A stretch of DNA of 64,000 nucleotides. It comes from an uncultured Phycisphaerales bacterium (GTDB taxonomy: Bacteria > Planctomycetota > Phycisphaerae > Tepidisphaerales > Tepidisphaeraceae). Shown here piece by piece: positions 21,654 to 31,694 of this stretch (positions are counted from its first letter, which is position 1; each line of letters begins with the position of its first letter). The notes below the pieces were generated by a model, which saw nothing but the letters and a program-made list of their open reading frames with translations, made no database searches and had not been told where the DNA came from. The DNA lies in assembly GCA_963755915.1 (NCBI GenBank), contig CAVWLP010000002.1, positions 512,001-576,000 on the forward strand, read 5' to 3'. The translations under genes were made by a program, and so were the position numbers.

Positions 21654-22565
21654 ATGCGCTGCATCGTTGGATTGTTTTTTCTCCTGACGGCAATGGGTTC
21701 CCGCTGCCGCGGCCAAATCTCCACCACCCGCCCCTGGCCCGGCATCACGATCGATCGCTTTATCGAAACCAATCCCCCCACCCGATATTTCATCGTCACC
21801 ATCGACCTCACCAACCCGCGCATCCACCTCAAAGTCTCGCGCGGCAGCGGCAACGCGAAAATCGCCCCGCCCTGGGAAACCTCCCTCCTGCCCGTCGCCC
21901 AGATGGCTCAGCGCGACGGCCTGACGCTCGCGGTGAACGGAAACCTCTTCGCATCTAAAAACGCGATCCCCATCCTCGGCCACGAGGACCCCTATTTCCT
22001 GGGCAACTGGGCCCGCTGCTGCGGCTGGGCAATGTCTGACGGCAACCTCTATTCTCTGACCCCCATCGAACAAGACTGGCCCAGCCTCGTCGTTTCCGAT
22101 CGCGGCGCCGTATCCATCGGCCGATTTGCCCGGCTTCCCGATGACGCCCGCCAAGTCGTCTCCGGCGTGTGGCAGATCGTGACCGACGGCCAAATCTCCG
22201 CACCCCCCGATTCCAACCAAACCGCCGCGGGCAAACCCGTCCCCCACACCGTCGCCGGGATCGACCGCGCCGGCAACACCCTCATCCTTCTCGTCGTCGA
22301 CGGGCACCGCCCCGAATATTCCCTAGGCATGGGCTGCCATCGCATGGCCGAAGAAATGCTCGCCCGAAACGCATTCAACGCCATGGTCCTCGACGGCGGC
22401 GGCAGCACCACCCTCGTCCTCCGCGACCTGCATGGAAACGTCAACGTCATCAATCACCCCAGCGATGGTTACCAACTTCCCGTCCCCCTCTCGATCCCGC
22501 GCTGCGTCGCCAACGCCCTGGGAGTGATCGTCGACGGGGCACCCACCGCCCCAACTAAACCATGA
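21654..22565 (+). CDS. Phosphodiester glycosidase (NAGPA/DUF2233) family protein
   Basis: AVNGNLF, PHTVAG, LLVVDG, LDGGGST and VANAL motifs; signal peptide. Confidence 0.85.
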   Translation: MRCIVGLFFLLTAMGSRCRGQISTTRPWPGITIDRFIETNPPTRYFIVTIDLTNPRIHLKVSRGSGNAKIAPPWETSLLPVAQMAQRDGLTLAVNGNLFASKNAIPILGHEDPYFLGNWARCCGWAMSDGNLYSLTPIEQDWPSLVVSDRGAVSIGRFARLPDDARQVVSGVWQIVTDGQISAPPDSNQTAAGKPVPHTVAGIDRAGNTLILLVVDGHRPEYSLGMGCHRMAEEMLARNAFNAMVLDGGGSTTLVLRDLHGNVNVINHPSDGYQLPVPLSIPRCVANALGVIVDGAPTAPTKP

Positions 22566-24016
22566 CCGCCCAAACTGCGACGCAACATTCACGCGCATTG
22601 AATCAATTCGTCGGCTGGACGGCCGCGCTGCTTTCCCTCGCCTTTGTGATTCGAACCGGGGTCGCCTGGAAAACCTATCACCACATCGACCCCACGTCCG
22701 GCGTCTGGGCCGCCGCCGCGCTCGACGCCCGCGACGGTACGCTCTATCGCCCGATCGAATCCCCGCTTGGCTACGGCGGTTCGCGCTATGCTCCGCTGCA
22801 CATCGTCCTGCAAGCCACGCTCATGCGCGCCGCGCTCGGCCCCGTCGCCGCGGGCTACGCGCTCGACGTTCTGGCAATCCTCGCCCTCGTCGCGGGAATC
22901 TATGCGCTGCTGCGCGAGCTCGAATCCCCGCCGCTGATTTGCGCGGCCATGGCCGCCTTCGCCCTCTCCGCCTATTGCTACTGCACCACCGCCGGCGGAA
23001 TGAAAGGCGATCTGCTCGCCGTCGCCCCAAGCATCTGCGGCCTCGCCGCCGTCGTCGCTTCGCAGCGCCGCCGAAAAACGAGCCTGATCCTCCTCGCCGC
23101 CATTTGCTTCGCGCTGGCACTCTCGGCAAAACTCACCAGCATTTTTGGCATCGCCGCCTCCCTCATCTGGCTCGCCCTGCAAAAAAAATGGAAGCCCGCG
23201 CTGATCCTCGCCTTCCTTTGGCTCATCCTGATCATCCTCGCCGCCGGGGCAACCCAGTGGGCCAGCGACGACCGCGCCTTAAGAATCTTCCAGCTCTGCG
23301 CCGCCGGGGGCGGCGGGCTTCGCCAGCTTGTCCAGGGCCCGCATCGCCTCGTTTCCGACGCCATCCACGCGGACCGATTCTTCACGCTCTTCTGGCTCCT
23401 CGCCGCCGCCCTGATCCTCCTGGAACGCAACTGGAAATCTCTCTCCACGATCCTTTTCATCCTGGCCACACTCGGAACGGTCGCCATCTACGGTTCACCC
23501 GGCACGAGCGCCAATCACCTCGTCGATCTCCAGGCCGCCTCCGTCATCGTCATCGGGACTGCCCGGAGATTTCCGCGCTGCGCAACCATTGCCGCGACGA
23601 TCCTCGCGCTCGTCGCGACGGTCAATCATCTCGCCATGACGGTCCGCATCGCCCGCGAAAATCGTCACGGCGACATGATCGCCGCCCTTCACGACGCCGA
23701 CCGCGCGCAAAATTCCGGTCCCCTCCTCGCCGAGAACCCCATTCTCCCCATCATTGACGGCCAGCGTCCCTACATGCTCGACTCCTTCATGTTCCGCACC
23801 CTCTGGCGTCGCAACCCCCAAATCGCCGAGCGATTTTGGAACGACATCTCCTCCCACTATTTCCGTGCCGTCATCCTTGCCGCGCCACCGACCGATCCCA
23901 CCCGATTTACCGACGAAGGAAACTTCGGGCCCGGGTTCATGCAGCTCCTTGAACGCAATTACATATTGACCTCCGTTCATGGCGAAAATTGGGTATATTT
24001 GCCGAAGCCCCGATAA
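22562..24016 (+). CDS. Multi-pass membrane protein, probable GT-C glycosyltransferase
   Basis: Many TM helices; LYRP..SPLGYGG.RY.PLH loop; KGD motif; overlaps the upstream stop (ATGA). Confidence 0.6.
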   Translation: MTAQTATQHSRALNQFVGWTAALLSLAFVIRTGVAWKTYHHIDPTSGVWAAAALDARDGTLYRPIESPLGYGGSRYAPLHIVLQATLMRAALGPVAAGYALDVLAILALVAGIYALLRELESPPLICAAMAAFALSAYCYCTTAGGMKGDLLAVAPSICGLAAVVASQRRRKTSLILLAAICFALALSAKLTSIFGIAASLIWLALQKKWKPALILAFLWLILIILAAGATQWASDDRALRIFQLCAAGGGGLRQLVQGPHRLVSDAIHADRFFTLFWLLAAALILLERNWKSLSTILFILATLGTVAIYGSPGTSANHLVDLQAASVIVIGTARRFPRCATIAATILALVATVNHLAMTVRIARENRHGDMIAALHDADRAQNSGPLLAENPILPIIDGQRPYMLDSFMFRTLWRRNPQIAERFWNDISSHYFRAVILAAPPTDPTRFTDEGNFGPGFMQLLERNYILTSVHGENWVYLPKPR

Positions 24017-24090
24017 TTCGCCGATATCCAATTCAATGAGCAACTGCCAGAAAATCCTCTTCGGCCGCGATCCACAGGGGGACGCGTTTT

Positions 24091-25594
24091 ATGATCGCAC
24101 CTGACGATGGCAGCACAGTCGCTCCATCCCCCACGCCCAATCACAACTCCCGCGCCCTATCCTTGCGCTCCTGCTGATCACCTCCGCCCTGGTCGTCATC
24201 GGCTGCCTCGCCCGGCAATTCGTCTCCTGGCGTAACTATGGCGACCTCGAAAGCGAAGGGGGAATGTGGACGACCCTCGCCCTCGACGCCGCCAGCGGCG
24301 TCATCTATCGCCCGATCTTCTCACCCCTGGGCTACGGGGGCACCCGGTACGGCCCGCTCCATTTCCTGATCCACGCCGCCTTCCTCAAAGCGGGGGCGGC
24401 GCCCATCCCCACCGGGTTCCTGATGGGGATCGCCTGTGCCCTGGTCACCCTCGCGGGCATCTACGTCCTCATGCGCAAGCTGCAAACGCCCCGTTCTCTG
24501 GCCATCCCCCTCACCACATTTTTCCTCGCCGCCTTCTGCGTTCGCTCCGGCATTCTCAGCATCAAAGCCGATCTTCTTGCCGCGGGACTAGACGTATGGG
24601 GCCTTATCGTTGCTTTCCCCCTCGGTGATTCCAATCCTCAGAAATCCAACTGGCCTCGCGCCGTCCTCGCGGCGATCTGTTTCGCCCTGGCGGTTGCCAC
24701 CAAGATCACCAGCCTTTTCGGGATTTGCACGATCGTCACCTGGCTGCTGCTGCGCCGCGACTTTAAAAACGCCGCGCGGGTGCTGATTATTTTTCTCCTT
24801 GCCGTCGCGGGGATCGTCACCGCCGTGCAATTCGCCAGCGCGGGCGCCTCAGCCACATCTTCCTCCTCAGCGCATCGGCCAACAGCGGCATCGCCCGTTT
24901 TCTCGAGGCCCCCTACCATTTCCTCCACGCCACCGTCATCCGCGACCGCGCCGTTGGCGCCTTCTGGCTCGCCGCCATCGTCGCGCTCCTCTACCGCCCC
25001 CACTGGAACTCGCTGCCCACAATCCTCATGGGATACTCCACCCTCGGCACGGTCGCCATCTTCGGAACTCACGGCACGGACATGAACCACCTCATGGACC
25101 TGCAAATCGCCTCGCTCATCGTCCTCGCCGTCCAATGCCGCTCGGGGAACTTCGCCCGCTGGATTCTCGTTTTCGTCGTGGTCATCTCCCTCCACGCCGC
25201 CCACTCCTGCGTCAACGACATCAACCTCATGCGAACCGAACGCAATCGCCACTGCCTGCTCGCCTGCCTGTCAGACACGGAAAAGTCGTTTGTGAACGGC
25301 CCCATCTTCTCGGACAACCCCACGATCCCCATCCTCGCCGGCGAGCGCCCCTTTATGCTCGACTGCATGATCTTCAGTGCCATCGACGTTCGCCACCCCC
25401 AGACCCAGGAGGCGTTAATCTCGGACCTGACTCGGCAACATTTCCGGGCCGTGATCGTGAATCTTGACCTGACCCACAATACGATATCCACGCCGACCGA
25501 TCCCTGGCCGGGAATTTTGGACATCATGAAGACGAAATATCAACTCGCCGACACGCAGGACCGAAATCAGGTGTATCTGCCCAGGATGCCATAA
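24091..25594 (+). CDS. Paralogous GT-C-like membrane protein; frameshifts near 24155 and 24843
   Basis: Shares IYRPIFSPLGYGGTRYGPLH, K.TS.FGI, NHL.DLQ.AS and GP....NP..PI..G.RP.MLD with the preceding gene. Confidence 0.6.
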
Positions 25595-25606
25595 CGCCAC
25601 CCGCGC

Positions 25607-26755
25607 ATGCACGACCCCTCCCCGCAAAACCCACCGGCTCCCGAAGTGTCGCTGATCGTCCCCACGATCAACGAATCCGAAAACCTGCCCGCGCTTCTGG
25701 AGGGCATCAGCAAAGCGCTCGCCGGGACCAGCTTCGAAGTGATCATCGTCGACGACAACAGCAAAGACGCCACCCCGCAGGTCTGCGCAGAACTCGCCAA
25801 AACATATCCCCTGAAACTGCTCGTCCGTACGCACCCCGCCAACGGGTTAAGCGGCGCCGTTCTGCACGGCATGGCCCAGGCGCGGGGCCAATACCTTGCC
25901 GTCATGGACGCCGACCTTCAGCACCCGCCCGAAAAACTCCCCGAGCTCATCGCGCCACTGCGCAGCGGCGAGGCGGATTTCGTCCTCGGCTCCCGCTACA
26001 TGCCCGGCGGCAGCACCGCCAACGAGTGGGGGCTGCTGCGAAAAATGAATTCCCGGCTCGCCACCCTCTTCGCCCGGCCGATCGCCGGCAAAATTGCCGA
26101 CCCGATGGCGGGGTTCTTTGCGCTCAAGCGTGAAAGCTACGCCAATGCGCAGAACCTCACGCCGCTGGGGTACAAGATCGCGCTGGAGCTGATGTGCAAA
26201 TGCCGCGTCAAATCGATCCGCGAGATCCCCATCCATTTCGCGTTGCGAACCCGCGGGGAATCGAAGCTCTCCCTCAAACAACAGTTCAAATATCTCGAGC
26301 ATCTTAGCCGGCTCTACGATTTCAAATATCCTCGGGCCTCCCCGGTGACGAAGTTCCTGATCGCAACGGGAGCTGCCTGGTTCGTTGGGGCGGCCTGCTT
26401 CTTCATTCTGACTTTGCTGGGCCAGGGTTCAATCGCTTCGATCGCCCTCTCCTACCTGGCCGCGCTGCTGGTGACGGCCGTCTTTCACATCCGCTACGTC
26501 CGGACGCAGCGGGAATTCCTGGCGAGACAAACCCCCTGGCTCGATTTCGCGGTGATCTCCAGCGCCGAATGGCTCGCCGCGGTTCTCGCCGCCTATTGGA
26601 TCACTCGCCGGGTCGTCGGCGCAACCGCAACCGAAACCTTTATCCTCTGCTTCGTCTGCGGAACGCTGGCCCGCTATGTCCTCCGCAAGGAATTTTTGCA
26701 GGACATTCGCGGGCTGCGAAAAAATCTGCCCCGGGAAGCGGAATTAAAGCGCTGA
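25607..26755 (+). CDS. Polyprenol-monophosphomannose synthase (Dpm1-like GT2) with GtrA-like C-terminal TMs
   Basis: IVPTINE, VDDNSKD, MDADLQHPPE, GSRY and R.GESKL motifs; four C-terminal helices. Confidence 0.9.
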   Translation: MHDPSPQNPPAPEVSLIVPTINESENLPALLEGISKALAGTSFEVIIVDDNSKDATPQVCAELAKTYPLKLLVRTHPANGLSGAVLHGMAQARGQYLAVMDADLQHPPEKLPELIAPLRSGEADFVLGSRYMPGGSTANEWGLLRKMNSRLATLFARPIAGKIADPMAGFFALKRESYANAQNLTPLGYKIALELMCKCRVKSIREIPIHFALRTRGESKLSLKQQFKYLEHLSRLYDFKYPRASPVTKFLIATGAAWFVGAACFFILTLLGQGSIASIALSYLAALLVTAVFHIRYVRTQREFLARQTPWLDFAVISSAEWLAAVLAAYWITRRVVGATATETFILCFVCGTLARYVLRKEFLQDIRGLRKNLPREAELKR

Positions 26756-26838
26756 GCCTGTACCATCTGATTTTCATCTGATTTCCATCTGTGGCAAACA
26801 TTCCTCTTCTCAACGCACTCTGCGATAAATAGTCCGGA

Positions 26839-27717
26839 CTAAAGATGCCCCGTCCGATCTGCCGCGCCGGTGTCACTGACCTGCGGCACCGTCACAATCG
26901 CGGTCCCATCGTACAACTGGGAAACCGGCGTAAACGGCTGCATTTTCCTCAGGACCTTTTGGCGCTGCCGGTCCAGGACGACGATGAGAATCGCGTCGCA
27001 GTCCGCCGGGGCGCCGTTAAAACTCCAGTTGCCATCCGAATCGGTGCGAATCACATCCTGGTGCTCGTTGCCGACAATGGCGGCGATCATTTCGTGCGGA
27101 TTGGCAAACTTCTTCCTGAACCTCAGCCCGACGATATCGCCGCCGATCCCCTGCCCGGCTTCATTTACAAGCTTTCCGGCGACGCGCACGCCCTGCTCCA
27201 TCTCGATGGTGTATGTCGCGGGGAGTATGCCATCGTTGAGCGATGGCATGCCGCTCATCCAGAGCAAGCGCTTGGCCACATAGCCGCGGCCGCGGAGGCG
27301 TATGTTGAAACTTTTCGGATGATTGTCCGCCGGCAACGGCACGCGGGCATGTCCGCCGGCTTGTGTCCTCCCGGACCAACCGCCGGGGCCGGTCACTTCA
27401 ACTGTCAGGCCCAATATGGGTTGTCCGGTCTTCTGATCGACCGCCAGCAAATCCATCATTGGCCGGGTCTGGGCGGGGCCGGCCGCCGGCAGTTGCGCTG
27501 GAGCGGCGGTGGATTGCTGAGGTTGAGAGGCGCCGCCTGGCGTCGCGGAAGATGAATTGGCTGTCCCGGCGCCGGCAGAGCTGCTCGAAACCGGGTCATT
27601 TCCGAAGTAAAGATTCGCCGCGAGGTATAGCCCGAAGGGGACGAGGGCGCTCAGCAGGACCACGAGGGCAATGATGCCCAGGGCCTTCGGTCCTCTGGTG
27701 TGCCCAAAGAGGTGCAT
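26839..27717 (-). CDS. Membrane-anchored hypothetical protein with carboxypeptidase-regulatory-like repeats
   Basis: N-terminal TM; VDQKTGQPILG, GKLVNEAGQGI and TDSDGNWSF patterns. Confidence 0.55.
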   Translation of the reverse strand: MHLFGHTRGPKALGIIALVVLLSALVPFGLYLAANLYFGNDPVSSSSAGAGTANSSSATPGGASQPQQSTAAPAQLPAAGPAQTRPMMDLLAVDQKTGQPILGLTVEVTGPGGWSGRTQAGGHARVPLPADNHPKSFNIRLRGRGYVAKRLLWMSGMPSLNDGILPATYTIEMEQGVRVAGKLVNEAGQGIGGDIVGLRFRKKFANPHEMIAAIVGNEHQDVIRTDSDGNWSFNGAPADCDAILIVVLDRQRQKVLRKMQPFTPVSQLYDGTAIVTVPQVSDTGAADRTGHL

Positions 27718-27749
27718 GCGTTAGATGTTACCGCATTTTGTCGTCCGGG

Positions 27750-27780
27750 AAGCGCTTCCCTTCGGGTCGCGGCTAAACGG
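27750..27780. repeat. REP-like dispersed repeat, second copy
   Basis: Matches 20301-20331. Confidence 0.8.
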
Positions 27781-27821
27781 AAAGGGGTGGGGTTAGGTTG
27801 TGTTGGGTTGTGATTGGGTGG

Positions 27822-28950
27822 CTACGCCATCGACAGTAGGATTTCGCACCCCTGGCGAAGTTTTTCATCCGTTGTCGCGTAGCTGATGCGGAAGTGCGTG
27901 TCCTTCTCTGAGAAGACGTTGCCCGGAATCACCAGGACATTCTTGGTGATCGCTTTGGCGACGAAGTCTGATCCCTTTTGGCCGGCGGGGGCTTTGGGGA
28001 AGACGTAGAAGGCGCCCTGCGGGCGGGCGATTTCGAACTTGCGGCTGAGTTGGTCGCAGACCATATCGCGCTTGCGGCGATACTCATCGACCGCCGCCTG
28101 CATTGGGACGTCGATTGCCTTCAGGGCGGCGTATTGGAGGGGGCTGGGGGCGCAGACGAAGGTGTACTGCTGGAGCTTGGTCATCTGGGTAATGATCGCC
28201 TCCGGTCCGGCGGCGTAGCCGAGGCGCCAGCCGGTCATCGCGTGGCTCTTGGAGAAGCCGCGAAGGACCAGGGTGCAGTCGTAGTCGCGCGGGGCTGGGC
28301 AAGCCTCGATTCAGTCCCTGGGGGGCGTCATAGAGGAACGGCTCGTAGATCTCGTCCGAGATAATCAGCAGGTCGTGCTTGCGGGCGAGGTCGACGGCGG
28401 ACTTCACCTCGGCTTCGGTCATCACGATGCCGGTGGGGTTGCTGGGGCTGTTGAGGATGAGCAGCTTGGTGTGAGGGGTGATGGCTTTCTCGACCCGGTC
28501 GGCATGGAAGCGGAAATCGGGATAGCTGTCGATGATGACCGGCTTGCCACCGACGAGGGTCAGCAGGTGCTTGTACATGACGAAGTAGGGATCGAGGAAG
28601 ATGGCTTCGTCGCCGGGGTCGATGGTGGCGAGGATGGCGAGGAGCAGGCCACCGCTGACGCCGCTGGTGATGAGGACCTCGCCGACGTCGCGGGCGAATT
28701 CGGTGGAGAGATCTTTGCGGAGCCGCTCGCGGAGCGGGGCGATGCCCTGGGTTTGCGTGTAGCGGTTATGGCCGGACTGGATCGCCTCGATGGCGGCTTG
28801 CTTGGCGATTTCAGGAACGTCGAAATCGGGCAGGCCGATGGAGAGGTTGATGGGATCGACCATCTTCGCGGCGAGGTCGAAGACCTTGCGGATTCCGGAG
28901 GCATCGACGGCCAGTGCGCGCCGCGAAAGGTAATCGCAATCACAGGGCAT
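27822..28950 (-). CDS. PLP-dependent aminotransferase class I/II; frameshift near 28285
   Basis: INLSIGLPDF, NSPSNPTG, SDEIY and FSKSHAMTGWRLGY motifs. Confidence 0.92.
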
Positions 28951-28977
28951 ATGGGGGATTGTAAATCAGGACGAAGA

Positions 28978-29313
28978 TTATTTCTTCTTCGCGGCCGGCG
29001 CGGCGGCCTTGGCGGCCGGGGCGGCGGCGGCTTTGCCCGTGGCGGGAGCGGCAGCTTTGCCGGCGGCTGGGGCGGCAGCACCACCAGCGGCGGGTGCAGC
29101 ACCCGGAGTCGCGGCGGCGCCCTCGGCGGTCTCTTCCTTGGCGGCCTTGGCGAGTTCCTGCTTGCGGTTGGCTACCTTGGGGAGGCCGAAGACGCTCTTG
29201 GAGTCGTTCCAGCGCTCTTCGTCGGTGAGCCTGACAAGGCGCTCGGTGCGGGTGAGGACGTTGCGGTGACGGATCAGGGCGTTTGCGCCTTTGAGACTGC
29301 GGTCGAGAGACAT
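28978..29313 (-). CDS. PVC-superphylum small basic protein with Ala-rich tail
   Basis: MSLDRSLK...RHRNVLTR.ER...SVFGLPKV matches the PVC signature protein (TIGR04137 type). Confidence 0.9.
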   Translation of the reverse strand: MSLDRSLKGANALIRHRNVLTRTERLVRLTDEERWNDSKSVFGLPKVANRKQELAKAAKEETAEGAAATPGAAPAAGGAAAPAAGKAAAPATGKAAAAPAAKAAAPAAKKK

Positions 29314-29405
29314 TGAAGCACCTCTTAAAAGTCAGGTCGCGGGATAGCCGCGAGGGGGGAGGAATATATCGGAATTTGGTGGGGTATACAATATCTGGGA
29401 AATGC

Positions 29406-29433
29406 CCCACGGCGGCGCCGTGGGCGTCCCGGG
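29406..29433. repeat. REP-like hairpin CCCACGGCGGCGCCGTGGGCGT
   Basis: Copies at 31673-31700, 43613-43665 (interrupted) and 47839-47867. Confidence 0.8.
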
Positions 29434-29550
29434 AAGTATCAACGGGGAAATCTTGAGCGGATGCGTAAATAGGGCAAATTCCTACTCCAATTGGCACGCG
29501 GGGTGATAGGATATTTTCCTGTTGGTGAGGGTGAATTGGAGGATTAGACG

Positions 29551-31658
29551 ATGGTAAAGACTGCGCCGGGCCGGCCGACGGGGTTGCCCCCTGTGTGGAA
29601 CCTTTTTCAGCGTCGGAATATCAATTTTGTGGGGCGGGAGGAGAATCTGCGCGATATTGAGAGAGCGGTGGGGGAGAAGAAGCATTTGCCGCAGGCGCTG
29701 ACGGGGGGCGGGGGGTGTGGGAAGAGTTCGCTGGCGATTGAATATGCGTATTCGCATCAAGGGGAGTACGACATTGTCTGGTGGATTCGGGCGGAATCGC
29801 AATCGACGATTATGGCGGATTTGGCGTCCTTGGCGCCGAAGCTGGCGAGCGCGGGGCAGATGTTTGAGGGGCCGCGGCAGGCGTGCAACGCGGCGGTGGA
29901 GCAGTTGCATCGGCGCGATCGGTGGCTGCTGATTTTTGATAATGCGCGAAAGCCGGAAGATCTGGCGGCGTATCTGCCGGCGCTGCGGTCGGGGCATGTG
30001 CTGATTACCAGCACGAATGCGCACTGGGGAGCGGCGGCGAAGGTGCAGCCGGTGAATGCGTGGCCGAGAAAGGAATCGACGGAATTTTTGAGGCGGCGGC
30101 TGGGGGGGATTGAGGAGGCGCACGCGGCGGAGCAACTGGCGGCGGCGCTGGGGGATCTGCCGCTGGCGCTGGACCAGGCGGCGTCGTGCATCCAGCAGGC
30201 GGATATTCCGATTTCGCAGTACCTCGTCGATTACGAAAATCTTTGGGCGGAGCTTCTGGGGGAGAGCCGGCCGATGGGGTCGTACCCGGTTCACGTGGCG
30301 ATGACGTGGGAGCTTTCGTTTCGGCGGGTGGAGAGTTTGAATTCACTGGCGGCGAATTTGCTGACGCTGTGTGCGTTTTTCTCGCCGGATGAGATTCCGA
30401 TTGAGATGATCGAAAAGGGAGCGGGTGAGCTGCCAAACGAAATTGCGTTTGGATTGCAGGATCCGGAGAGGCGCGGCGAAGCACTGAACGTGCTGGAGCG
30501 GTTTTCGCTGGCCAGCACGAGCGGGGAAATCATTTCGATTCATGGGGTGATCGCGGCGATGGCGCAGGACCGGCTGAACGAGGAGGACCGGGCGGAGTGG
30601 TCGAAGATTGCGCTGCGGATCACGTCTGGGGCATTTACGTTTGACAGCCAGAATCCGAATTCGTGGACGGCGTGCGCGGCGTCGCTGCCGCATGCGCTTT
30701 CGGCGACGACGCACGCGCAATCGTGCATGCTGGTGCCGACGGAAGTGGCCGAGATGCTGAGCCGGATTGGGAGATTTTTGCTGAAGCAGGGAAGTTATGC
30801 GGAGGCGCGGAGCTTGCTCGAGATGGCGTATACGCTGGTGATAAACACGTTCGGGCCGGCGAGCGCGCAGACGGCGGATATCGCGAATAACCTGGCGCGG
30901 GTGCGGCATCGGCTGGGGGATCTGGCGGGGGCGTCGGCGCTGTACGAAGCGGCGCTGGAGATCGACCGGAATTTGTATGGGCCGGACGATCCGCACCTGG
31001 CGACGGTGGCGAACAACTCGGCGATGACGCTGGTGGAGCTGGGGAAATTGCCGCAGGCGAAGGCGCGGTTTGAATGGGCGGTGAGCGTTTATCGCAAGAG
31101 TTATGGGAAGAACCATCCGAAGATTGCCAGCGTGATGAACAACCTGGGATTCGTGCTGATGCAGATGAAGGATTTCGCGGGGGCGCGGGAATGGCTGGAG
31201 CAGTCGCTGGCGATTACGGAATCGACGTATGGGGCGAATCATCCGCAGGTGGCGTGCATCGCGGTGAATCTTGGGGGGCGCTGCGCGAGACGGGAAAATA
31301 TGCGGAGGCACGGGAGCTTTTCGATCGGGCGATGCAGATCGACCAGGCGGCGTTTGGGGGAGCGCATCCGATGGTGGCGCGGGATTTGTTAAATCTGGCG
31401 CAATTGCTGTCGGACGAGGGGAATTTCGATGAGGCCGTCTGGCTAATGGAGCGGGCGCTGGCGATTACGGAGGCGTCGTTTGGGCGGGAGCATCGGGAGA
31501 CGGTTTTGTGCTTGAAGGAGCTGGGGCGGGCGCTTAAGGGGATGGGAAATGTGGATCGAGCGGTGGAATGTTTGATGCGGGCGTCGGCGATTGGGAGGAA
31601 GGGGGCGAAGCAGCCGTCGCATGAGACGGTGGTGGGGGATGAGGGGATGCTGGCTTGA
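29551..31658 (+). CDS. NB-ARC (STAND) ATPase with C-terminal TPR repeats; frameshift near 31275
   Basis: FVGRE, Walker A GGGGCGKS, Walker B WLLIFDN, LGDLPLALDQAA, and kinesin-light-chain-type TPRs (HP..A...NNL). Confidence 0.88.
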
Positions 31659-31694
31659 GTAATTCGGAATACCCCACGCCGGCGGCGTGGGCGT

